In this document: one piece after another, positions 12,740 through 23,050 of the stretch | Layout of the letters: each line of letters begins with the position of its first letter | Numbering within the stretch: the first letter of the stretch is position 1 | Origin: Diplonema japonicum | Taxonomy: Eukaryota > Protista > Euglenozoa: Diplonemea | DNA: 64,000 bases | Assembly: GCA_964019335.1 (NCBI GenBank) | Contig: OZ025737.1 | Location: forward strand, 310,001-374,000 | Direction: 5' to 3' | The notes under the pieces: generated by a model | Told to the model about the DNA's origin: nothing | The model's database searches: none | The model's input: only the letters and a program-made list of their open reading frames with translations | Position numbers and translations under genes: made by a program

Positions 12740-13390
12740 TTCCCAGCTCAATGAACCACCTCCATTCAGCCCTCAGGGGTCCCTTGAGCTGGAGGTACCC
12801 CCTCATCAAAGGCGTGTGTCCGGTCCGGAGCCGAATGATCAGGACCTCATCCCTCCTACTGAGTGGTGGGAGAGAGAGACATTCGCCACCGGTGACGAGG
12901 CGGTGGTGGCCGGGGGAGTCGCTGTTGTATCTCGCACGCGACCTTCCTCTCAGCCACGCTTTTATGGCCGCCTTGCTGGAGCGGTAGCTAACCCCGCAAG
13001 GCGACTTCGACAGCCCGTCCCTGGCCGCTCCGTCGGCGAGCTCGTTCCCCGTCACACCGCAGTGGGAGGGGATGTACCAGAAGTGCACATCACCAGAGCG
13101 TTTGGCCCTGAGCCAGGAAGCGGCATCCCAGATCCGTCTGTCCGGGGCCTCCAGCGAGCCTCCGCAGCATCGTCTGTGAGGGTCAGCAGGTAGAGAGGGC
13201 GGCCCCTCAGGTTCACGACCGTTTTGTACACCTCCGCAGCCTCCTTCAACCCCATCAGGATAGCGGTGCCCTCGGCGCACATGGGTGTGGAGACCATGCC
13301 GGCCCCGTGAGAGGTGGTAAGGGTGAGGTCCATGTCGGGGACTCTGACTCTTGTACCTTCTGTACGGTGACCGAAGGGATTTTCCCAAAA
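12740..13390 (-). mobile_element. Ingi/L1Tc-like non-LTR retrotransposon fragment (RNase H region)
   Basis: VHFWYIPSHCGVTGNELADGAARDG (RNase HI C-terminal motif) followed by LSRRDEVLIIRLRTGH. The upstream part is frameshifted. Confidence 0.75.
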
Positions 13391-13441
13391 AGAAAGGGTA
13401 GGTGATGATTGCCTATTAGGCTGTCCTTAAAGAAACCTTAA

Positions 13442-13477
<36 letters not shown>

Positions 13478-13613
13478 ATTTTGGCTAAAGGCCGGGAAAA
13501 TAAAGTTTTCCATATTTCCCTGTGGAAAAAATTTAAGTACTTTATTTTTTTTTTTTTTCCCCTCATGTTTCCTGCAGGCCAGAAAATCGACAAATCTTTG
13601 CGGTATTTGTGCC

Positions 13614-13760
13614 ATGTTTGGGTGGACGAGAACAGGGGTCTCTTGTCGTAGCCATGCGTCGCTGGTGCAGTTCCTCAGGGAGTTCATCCGCATCCGCAGG
13701 GAGGCCGACATGATAACAGAGTTCCCCTGGTCCCTTTATAGCCGCCTGAACCATACCATG
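13614..13760 (-). mobile_element. Fragment of the same LINE family as 8218-10380
   Basis: Reverse complement gcaccagcgacgcatggctacgacaagagacccctgttctcgtc matches about 10160-10203 with one mismatch. Confidence 0.8.
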
Positions 13761-15071
13761 CCCTGTCTTAATGTTATATCAAATACTGGACTTCTTGGCT
13801 TTGGGGGGGGTTGGGAGTGCATCAGGGGAACCAGAAAATAAATAAAAATTAAGCCCTCGCTCGTCCACTTTATTTTTCATAATTCAATAGTTATTTCCGG
13901 GCCCATGGCCTCTGCGATTTCGATATTCTTAACAAAGAAAGAAAAAAAAAGGGGGTTTTGTAACGATATTTCTCCCCCCCCCCCCCCCCCCCTTGCCCCC
14001 TCTCTCTCCTCCCTTGCAAACAATTTTGTTTTTTTGTCAGACTAGAATGAAAGGCACAACTAAAGCAGTCGATATATATTTCTTTTTTTTTGTAAAGAAT
14101 CAGACATCCATTCATTGTGTACTTCTCCAGCCAATCGTGACTTTTTTTATCCTCAAAAAGAGGGGGGTGGGGGTAGGGGGGGGCAACATAGAGATTTTAC
14201 AAGAAAACACACACACTTTCACACTCACCTTTTTTTTTTTCTTCTTTTCTTTTTGTCTATTTTCTCAAAGTAATAGCGGTTTTTTTACTTTACTTTAACT
14301 CAAAAAAAAATAAATAGTAAATCTCTGTGTTTTTTTTTTTTTATTATTTTTTTTTTAAAGCTTACTAGAAACGGTAACTACACCCAACGGCGCAGTGGGA
14401 GAAAAACTGTGCACCCCTTTATTTTTTCCATGTCGTCTCTCACTTCTTTTGGAAGATCCACGGAGCCCAGCACAGCGTGTGCACGCATTCGAGACCAATA
14501 GGGTTTTAGCCGACTAGAGGTTACCAGGAGGACTACCCCTGAATTAACTGGTCATTATGGTCGGTAGGTGTGCACGGTTAAAATTTTTGTTGCCTTGAAC
14601 CATTAAGAAATTCATTTTCTTATTGTTTCTTTTCATCTCAAAAGAAATCAAACAGTAGCGAAAGGGAAAGGGGGGGGAAAAAAGTGAAAAATGAAAAAAT
14701 GAAAAAATGAAAAGGAAATGTCTCAGGTGGGATGGGGATAGCATTTCTTATTTCTGCTCAACAAAATTCTTAAAAAAAAAAAGAAAAACTTCCCCCGCAA
14801 AATCACAAAATAGGTTTCCTCCCCCTTTTTTTTTTCTTTTTTTACACTCCCCCCTTTTACCATATACAAATACCCCACCCTCTTTTTCCCCTTCAATAAT
14901 TTTTCCTTATTGACTCATTTATTTAGTTTATATATACCCCCCCCCCCCCCCTTCTCTTTGATCCCAATTTTCTATTCCGTAATTCTTCATCTCATCGTGC
15001 CATTCTCAGGAAGGGGGAAATTTAAAAAAAGAGAAGGAGCGCAGGCGGGGGGGCGGGGGAAGGAAAGGATA

Positions 15072-18000
15072 ATGTCAGGCACCATGACCCCCACAACGGG
15101 GATTTACCTGTTCCAGGTAAAGGTAAACTTCCTGAGGCACCCGGAAGGGAAGACGGGGTTCGGGTACGCGATTAAATGGAAGCGGGGGTCGAAGAGTGAA
15201 AATAAAGGAGTGCTGGGACCTGTGGAGGAACAGACAACCACAGAAGGGGACTATGTGTTCAACCAGCTGTTTAGCTTCAAGAGCACGATGCAGAGGAAGG
15301 ACACCGACAACGTGGACCGTGGGTTCCACCACAAGTGGATGGACATCTCTGTCCTTGAGATGCGGGGTGGCAGCAAGGACAAGGTGTTCGACTCTGAGTT
15401 CGACCTTGGCTATGCGCTCCCACCGCGTAGCGACACGACGCCGCACATCCTTCTCGACAAGCACAGCAACACGTCCCTCTCCCTCAGCATCGGGTACCGA
15501 AGGATCGACAACGGCCCGAAGCCTTCCTTCTTCTCCTGTGCGAGCTATGCCACCCCCGCTACAAACAACACCCGGGGTATGGCCCCGGAGGCAGCCCTCG
15601 AACCCAAACGCCGCACGCGCAGCACGAACTGGTGGTCTTGCGGGGCCCAGTCTGCCGAGCCCCCGATGGGCCGCTCCACCTCCCAACCCCGCCAGCGAAA
15701 GGTCCAGTTCTCCGCTGAAGAGCCAGAGCAATGGGACAAATCGCTTCGCAGTCTCGGCGGCTCATTTGCGAAAATGGAAAACGAGGACGAAAAGCCAGCT
15801 GCCATTCAGTCACAGCCCCACAAGGAGCCAAACATCAACGACATGATACGCGATGCACGCGGTCGGCAGCCACAGGAGGACCCTGTGGGCGCTGCTGGGT
15901 CGGAACCAGAAACTGCCGAAGGGGGTGTGGCTGGTGGCGGTGATAATCTGTACTCATACCCGCTCGCCCCTCCTTCGTCGAGGGAAGCTAGAGAGAAGGG
16001 TATGATCAGAGCTTCTGCGGGAGGACCGCTTTCTGCCAGGTCAGGGAGCAACTCCGCCAGACAGCAGATAGCAAGGCCGACCGCCATCACTAGACCGGAT
16101 AGCTCTCGGAAAGAGAAGCAGCTATTCCAGGCGGAGGAACTACTGAAGGAAATCGATGAGCCTGCCGACAAGACAGTGTTCCTGCACGAGATCGACGTCA
16201 AGGTGTTTGCAAGGGGCGGCGAGGTGGGCCGCACAGATGATGCTGTCTTCAAGCTGGCACGCAGCAGGTGCAATGTGCCGGAGGACAGCTTCCTGCCGCT
16301 GAGCACCATTACAACAAAGTCGGACCTCAGCACCACGACGGAGGTGGGTGAGCTGACGCTCCCCAGGATATGGGCGGTATGCACATCCCACTGCACAACA
16401 CATGCCACATGCCACAGCTTATATGGAGCACCGGCAGCGATTTCATGAGGACCTTTCATCTTCAGTACAAGAATAAAAAGTTCCTTCCGGGGAAGTGGGA
16501 CATGGTGGAGGATGACAACTTCGTGAAGTATGCACCATGACACACGGCATGCCAACAGGTGGAGCGGGAGCCGCATGAGTACTTGGACGAAGGGCGGGAA
16601 GGTCTTCGGGAAGATAGACGTAGTGGAAAAGGCATACTTCGTGTGCTACAAGTTCCAGGTATGCTCCGACAATACAACCAACGGCGACACAGGACTCTCC
16701 CAGCATGCTGTACGTGCACACCAGCCAGCGCTCGAAGGACCCCGAGCATGCCTTCAGGGTGGAGACGGTGTACAGGTTCTACGTGGAGTGCGGCGAGATG
16801 TACGTTACGCTTGACAGCAAACTTGTAGAGGACGAAGGTGCAGGCCTTTCGAAGAGTATTAAGAAGAAGCTCCACCGTCAGGTAAAGGCATGGCACGACA
16901 TCTTCACGTGCAAAACTGTAGGCAGGGCACAAGCGCACCTCTTGAAGCGTGCGTTAGGGCCAGGGCTGTACAGCAGCAAAAAAGGGGTTAAGAAGTACGT
17001 GCTCAGCGCGTCGACAAAGAAAAAAGCGCAGCAGAAAATGCAAAAGTACGGTGCGTCAATGGGGACACTGGCGAGGTTCCCATCGATAAAGCGACCAGGG
17101 ATGGGGACCTCAGGAGTGAGGGTGCGGAACCTGAACAGCTTCCTGGCAAGCAAGACGGTCGTGAATGGCGACCTCAGCGTGAAGCTGTCGGCACAGGGCC
17201 GCATTGACAAGATCCCGTTCTGGAAGACGCTGGGGGACACAAGCACACTGCTGAACCCGAACACCTGCCAGCACAACCTGGACAAGCTGTACGAGAACCT
17301 TCTGATGTATCCTACAGAGATACTGGAAAAGGAGGGCTTCACTGTGAACCAGGTACTGGTACTGACGAAGGTCATTTCGGCACACCCGAAACAACTAGAT
17401 AAAGTACGTGTCCTAGAGACAGCCTTCAAGCTGCTGAAGGTGGTGTCCTCTGTGTCGCTGCCTATCATCGTGCAAGCACCGAACGCAGTGCATACCATCA
17501 TCGCCGCGTGGAAGTGCAACAAGAAGGTGCTTGCAGAGTATGATGCGCTGGTGAAGCTTCTCGACACGCAGAACAGTAGAGGGAAGCAGCAAAGCGCAAA
17601 GAAGGCAACAGGGGCGTCAAAAACACTGATGGAGTATTTTGACCTCACAGATCAAGTCCTTGAAAGGTATAACTGCTCTGTGGTGCTGCAAAATGGGCAG
17701 AAGCATGGAGGTACCCTGTACGTGACACGCATGTGGTTGTGCTTCCTCAGCAAGCACACTAGGATGATGATATCTACCTACGACATCACCAAGGTGGAGG
17801 GGAAGGACTCCCTCTTCGGCACCATTCTCTACATACAAGCAGAGAACAAATGCACTGATCCTCTCGACTTCGCGGACCCTCACGCACAAACAATCACCTT
17901 CGAGTTCCATATATGGTTTCAAAAGAACGCGGATAAGCAACTTCGCTGCCTTATTGGCGGAGGGCGGCGGTTCAGGCTGTCGTTCTACCCTCCCGCGTGA
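15072..18000 (+). CDS. NT-C2 + VASt/StARkin-like + GRAM domain protein
   Basis: N-terminal NT-C2-like segment (IKWKRGSK..G, FNQLFSFKSTM). Central VASt-like segment (DPEHAFRVETVYRF...SIKKKL). C-terminal GRAM segment (FDL..QVLERYNCS...GTLYVTRMWLCFLS). Introns at 16377-16417, 16528-16558 and 16659-16692. Confidence 0.7.
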
Positions 18001-18442
18001 AATTGCGGGGGAAGAAACACCCTTGTCCGAAGAAAAAAAAATAGAGGGTTTCTCTCAATCCCCCCCCCCCCCCCCCCCCCCCATCCAACCATGTGCCATT
18101 ATAATCTCTTTTTCTTTCGTTCTTTTTGAACCGAAAAAATACGGAAGGGGAAGGGGGGGGGCTTTGAAACTATTTTTTGTTTTCTTTTCCTGCCGCGTGA
18201 TATTATCTTCTTATCCTCTCCCCCCCTCCCCATTTACTTCCACACCCCCCCCTCCCCCACCAACCTCGGGTTGGGCATGGAAACAGCCGAGCCATCTTCG
18301 TTTCTCCTCCATCGCTTTCAGTTTTCTTTTTTTTTTTATCCACCATCTTGCTAATGGCGGCCGGTCAGTTTTACGGGTTTTCTGAATTCTTTTTTTTTAT
18401 ATCCCCTTCTTGATTCACACTTTGTACAGTGAGCTATACAAA

Positions 18443-19422
18443 ATGGAGTGGCTGAAGACTGCTGTTGGTGGTGAGAAGGAAGTGGCTCCTGAAGTGCCTG
18501 ACGTGCCCCCCCCTGCACCCCCATCCGACTTCCAGATGAACAACGTAGAGGAGATTAACTTCAAACTAGTGAAGCCTGGCAAGTACGACGAGATCGGTAG
18601 TGAGGTGAAGGACCTCGTTCTGGAACAGCATGAATTCCAGGAGGGCCTCACGGTCGCCATGCAGAAGCCAATCGTGGAGCCGGTTGGGACCCCCGGGCCG
18701 CCGCAGGGACCCGGACCCCACAAGAACTACCAGGCACAGCTTTTTGAAAAGATTCAACTGAGCAACCCGAACAGCAGCAACTTCGCGGTTGGGATCCAGG
18801 CCTCCTTCATGCCCGACAGGTCCGACGCCATCATGTGCACCTACAACACCCAGTCGGGACAGAGCGGCATCCTGGCACGCAGCTTCGGGCCCTTCGAATT
18901 CGTTGCGCAGTGGATGGTGTGTATTCTTCTTTTTTTTTTTTTAAACCATATAACAGCAAACCCCGTACGGTGGCCTCGCCCTGTACACAAACGCGGACTA
19001 CAAAGCAGACTCGTCAGTCACATCGCTCACCTACATCAAGGGGCAGATGTGGATCGTGTCGCACTTGCACAGCCTTTGGTCTGGGTTCCAGGCAGGCATG
19101 AAGGTGAAGTACGACACAATGGGGAACCGCACCAAGATGGGCGCGGGGCTCAAATGGGGTTCCCCCACCAAGGACATGATCTGGTCGGCGGAGGGTGAGG
19201 AGACAGGCAGCTTTAAGGTGTCCTGTTACAAGAAGTTGGAAGGTACCTCGGATACCCGTGTGTGCAGTCTCTATGAGTACAGCCCTGAATCGGGGCCCCA
19301 CCAGCCTGCGAGCAGCAGCATGTGGGTTGGGTTCGGGAAGGACTACTTGAACAACATGAAGATCAAGCTTGCTATGAGCTCTTTGCTTCAGCTTAAGGGT
19401 GTGATTGGGGGCGGGGAAAATT

Positions 19423-19457
<35 letters not shown>

Positions 19458-19617
19458 TAACATCGAAGGTCAGGTGGGTCGTGCCATGAAGGCGTCGTAC
19501 TCGTTCATGTACGACCCGCATAAGAAGGTACTGGATACAGGGCGGGATTTAATTTAGAGGGAGGGAAAAAAAAAAAAAAAACAGACTTACAAGCACGGTG
19601 TGCAGCTCGAGATGTGA
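18443..19617 (+). CDS. TOM40: Mitochondrial outer-membrane import pore, Tom40/ATOM40 family
   Basis: KPGKYDEIGSEVKDL...FQEGL N-terminal motif, amphipathic beta strands and a C-terminal beta-signal YKHGVQLEM*. Introns at 18917-18956, 19399-19456 and 19528-19584. Confidence 0.8.
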
Positions 19618-20129
19618 GTATAGGGAAGCATGAAGCGAAAAAGAAGATATCCACGTAGTGTTCTTGTTTTCTTCTTTTTTTTTTTACTCTTCCCCCCCTT
19701 CCTTCCCCCCCCTCTCACCATTATTTATCAGGTATCAAGCCTTTTTTTTTTTTTTTTTTTTTTTTTCCCTTCACTTTCTTTCTTTTTTTTAGTGTCTTTT
19801 TTTTTTGTTCCCCTTTTTTCTTCGTTCTTTCAGGTGCCTCCCCAAATAGTAAACACACGCACAAAAAAAAAAAAAAAAAAAAACATTTTCTTCTGATGAA
19901 GATGGAAAGAAAAATGGGGGAGGCAAAGGTATTTTTTTGTTTTCCTGTTTATGAGTCAGTAGTGGTCCCCCCCTCCCTTATTTCACTTTCATTTCATTTT
20001 TTTTTTATAATAGTGCTTTCTTTTTTGAGAAAAACAAAACCCCAACATCTTTGAAAAAAAAAAAAAGGGAAAGGGGAAGAAAAGCAAATGAACCGCGCAT
20101 CGGCGTTATTACAAGAAAGAAAATAAAAA

Positions 20130-20642
20130 ATGCCTGCCGCAAAGGATAAAATGCAGAAGAAACAGCGAAAAAAGGTTCTGGGAAAAAAGAAAAAGGTGAA
20201 GCAAGGGAGGATCACCAGCAGCGATATATGCCAGGCAGCGAGAAAAGGTCTAAAAGTCCAAGAGTCCGAAGGCCGGAAGGAGGTATTGAAATGGCTTGGC
20301 TCCCTCAATAATGGCATAATTCACAGCCTTAAAGAGATTCTATCAAGCCTCAGTGAGGGGGGTGTGCCTTGCACTCTTTTGGTCGTTTCGCTCACAGCAA
20401 TGACCCCCTTGGCATACCACACAATGACACTCTGCCACACTAGGCAGCCCCCTGTCCCCGTCCTCGCCTTCAGTGACATCACCCCTGTTCTCACGAAACT
20501 TGCCTCTTCTCCATCGCCTGTGACTGCCGTTGCTTTCACACAACCGCTCCCTCCACACATCACCCCCTTCGTCCCCCCTCCCCCTGCATGGTTATGCTAT
20601 TCTCAACTTTTCGGTACCAGCACCCCTACCTCACCACAGTGA
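20130..20642 (+). CDS. Hypothetical protein, possibly L7Ae/Rpp38-like RNA-binding
   Basis: 170-aa ORF with a Lys-rich N-terminus. The pattern (G..EIL..L, LLVV, H...LC...VPVL, VTAVAF) is reminiscent of L7Ae, but only weakly. Confidence 0.45.
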   Translation: MPAAKDKMQKKQRKKVLGKKKKVKQGRITSSDICQAARKGLKVQESEGRKEVLKWLGSLNNGIIHSLKEILSSLSEGGVPCTLLVVSLTAMTPLAYHTMTLCHTRQPPVPVLAFSDITPVLTKLASSPSPVTAVAFTQPLPPHITPFVPPPPAWLCYSQLFGTSTPTSPQ

Positions 20643-20681
20643 ACATCTTTTCCAAACCTTTTCAAACTTTTAATTAAAAAA

Positions 20682-21776
20682 ATGTCATCCCCCAAGCCTT
20701 GGATTGCGGAGTACCTTTGGGTTGCAGGGCGCAACACGTACACGGACCTGCGTTCGAAGTACAAGACGATGACCGGGGTGTCCCTGGAGAAGGCGGAGCT
20801 GTCGGACATGCCGGTGTGGAACTTCGACGGGTCGTCGACGAACCAGCACAGGGGGAGCAACACGGAGATCATCATCAAGCCTGTGGCGATGTTCCCGCAC
20901 CCGTTCATCGAGAACGCGAAGGCGGTGCTTTGCGAGTGCTACTACCCGGAGGGGGAGGCGGAGAGGGCGAACACGCGAAAGGTGGCTGCGGAGATCTTCG
21001 AGCGACACGCGGAGGAGGAGCCGATGTTCGGGCTGGAGCAGGAGTACTTCATCTTCAAGAACGGGAAGCCGTTCATGTGGCCTGAGAACGGGTACCCGGC
21101 GCCGCAGGGAGACTACTACTGCGCGAACGGGTCGCAGGTGTGCGGGCGAGAGCTCGCCCTGGAGCACTACCAGGCGTGCCTCAGGACGGGGCTGAAGATC
21201 TCCGGGGTGAACGCGGAGGTGGCACCGTCGCAGTGGGAGTTCCAGATCGGACCCTGCATCGGGGTGGAACAGGGGGACCACATGGTGATGGCGAGGTGGA
21301 TCTTCCAGAAGATCGCTGAGAAGTACGGGCTTGAAATCAACTACGAGCCGAAGCCGATCAAGGGAGACTGGAACGGGTCCGGGTGCCACATGAACTTCTC
21401 GTCGAAGGCGATGCGCGAGGAAGGGGGCATGAAGGAGATCACCGAGGCCTGCGAGAGGCTCTCCAAGACCTACCTGGACGACGTGAAGTTCTACGGAGGG
21501 GACAACATGGAGAGGATGACCGGGGCCCACGAGACCTCCAAGCTCTCCGAGTTCACCTACGGGATCGGGACCAGGCACACCTCCGTCAGGATCGGGAACG
21601 ACATCGCAAAGGCCGGGAAGGGATACTTCGAGGACAGGAGGCCCGCCTCCAACATCGACCCCTACATCGCCACCGCCAGGTTCTTCGCATCCAGCATGGG
21701 ACACGAGGGTCCCTCCGTCGACCTCCTCACCCCCCAGCCTTGGTGGGAGGTTCTCGAGGCTGAGGCCAAGCAGTAG
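20682..21776 (+). CDS. GLN1: Glutamine synthetase type II, copy 1
   Basis: Motifs WNFDGSST, FGLEQEY, NAEVAPSQWEFQIGP, GDWNGSGCH, TGAHETS and GYFEDRRPASNIDPY. Confidence 0.97.
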   Translation: MSSPKPWIAEYLWVAGRNTYTDLRSKYKTMTGVSLEKAELSDMPVWNFDGSSTNQHRGSNTEIIIKPVAMFPHPFIENAKAVLCECYYPEGEAERANTRKVAAEIFERHAEEEPMFGLEQEYFIFKNGKPFMWPENGYPAPQGDYYCANGSQVCGRELALEHYQACLRTGLKISGVNAEVAPSQWEFQIGPCIGVEQGDHMVMARWIFQKIAEKYGLEINYEPKPIKGDWNGSGCHMNFSSKAMREEGGMKEITEACERLSKTYLDDVKFYGGDNMERMTGAHETSKLSEFTYGIGTRHTSVRIGNDIAKAGKGYFEDRRPASNIDPYIATARFFASSMGHEGPSVDLLTPQPWWEVLEAEAKQ

Positions 21777-23050
21777 AGGCTGAAAGAGAAAGGAAATAAT
21801 AAGAATGAACCGAACTTTAAAAAAAAGAAAAAAAAGGATTTTTTCTTAATGGAACTAGGGTGCTCCGGCAGTAAGGTGGCTACCTAAAGAAGAAAGGCCT
21901 CCCGTCTGCTGTCTTTCCACCCATCCATCCATCATGCGTTGTCCTTTTTTTTCTTTTTTTTTTTTTGCAATTACTCGACTAGCGGCTGATCTGTCGCATT
22001 GTTCATAATTCTTTTTTTTTTTTATAAGATCTATGTGGCCTCGAAGTGTGCTATACACTCGTGGTCCTGTTTTATATTTTTTCCTTCCTCTCTTTCGTAT
22101 TTTTTCTTTCATTTTATTTTTATTCATACGAATTGACAACAATTAAAAAAAAGAGATATAAATAGTGATTTTCTTAAAACATTTTTTTTTTAATATTTGT
22201 ATTTCTAGCGTAAAGCAGAAGTATATAGAAAAAGAAAATGACGAGCTCAACACGAAATAGCGGGGCAACCTCAAAAGTTTTTTTTTATAAAAAAAACTTG
22301 GAGTTGAAGAAAAGAAAAAAAGAAAATATTCAAAGACCTCTTACTGCTAGCTGGCTTTTGAGAAGAAGAACAGCCTGGAAATTATGATGACATTTTTTTT
22401 TAAAATTAAGTTTTCCAATTTTTTTTCCATCACTTTATCATGTTTTTTTATCATGGAAGGTTAGGTTAGGCGGCCGCTGAGAAAGTTTTCAAAGAAATCA
22501 TTTCTTTCTTTTTTTTAAAACGAAAGTCCCATTTCCCTCCCCCTTCCCCGTTTTTTTCTTTCCCCTACGTCCTTTAAAGACGCAAATAGGAATCAAAAAA
22601 AAAAAAATCGACAAAACATACTCTTTTTTTTTTCTTCATTTTTCACTTTATTCCTTCCTCTCTTGTTTATTTTTTTTGACAACCCCAAACGGAAGAAAAA
22701 AAAGAAAAAAAAAAAAAAAAGACAAACAACCGAGCCTACCTTAATGGCCATCATTTATTTTAGTCCTTTAATCAGCTTTAGGGGCGATGAGGATTGTTAA
22801 TTTAAAACAATAAAAAAAAGAAAATGACGGCCAGGAGAAGGGGGATCATCCGTTGTATTTTTTTTCTCCCTATATTTTTTTTTCCCCCCTTCTCTTTCTT
22901 CTTTTTTTTTCATTCCACTACCCTCCCCCCCCCCCCCCCCCACCTCATTTGTTCTGTTTCTCTTTTCTTTATCCTCCCCTCTTACAATACTAATTCTTTC
23001 CCACCAACACAAAGGCAAAAAAAAAAAAAAAAAAAAACCCTTCAACAACA

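Noticed and set aside
14512-14540. GACTAGAGGTTA resembling the flavivirus 3' UTR CS2 motif
   Set aside because: Only about 12 nt match, with no other viral sequence.
20685-21704. Long antisense ORFs over the GS genes (also 26425-27564) and over SDC
   Set aside because: Expected shadow ORFs from strong G/C third-position bias. No recognisable protein motifs.
21855-21900. GGCAGTAAGG...CCTAAAG after GS copy 1, resembling part of the glnA glutamine riboswitch, with faint similarity to 27652-27673
   Set aside because: The CGTT/AACG P1 and the GAA of the E-loop are missing, and the similarity is too short to support.
22459-22470. GGTTAGGTTAGG telomere-like repeat
   Set aside because: Only two units, compatible with chance.
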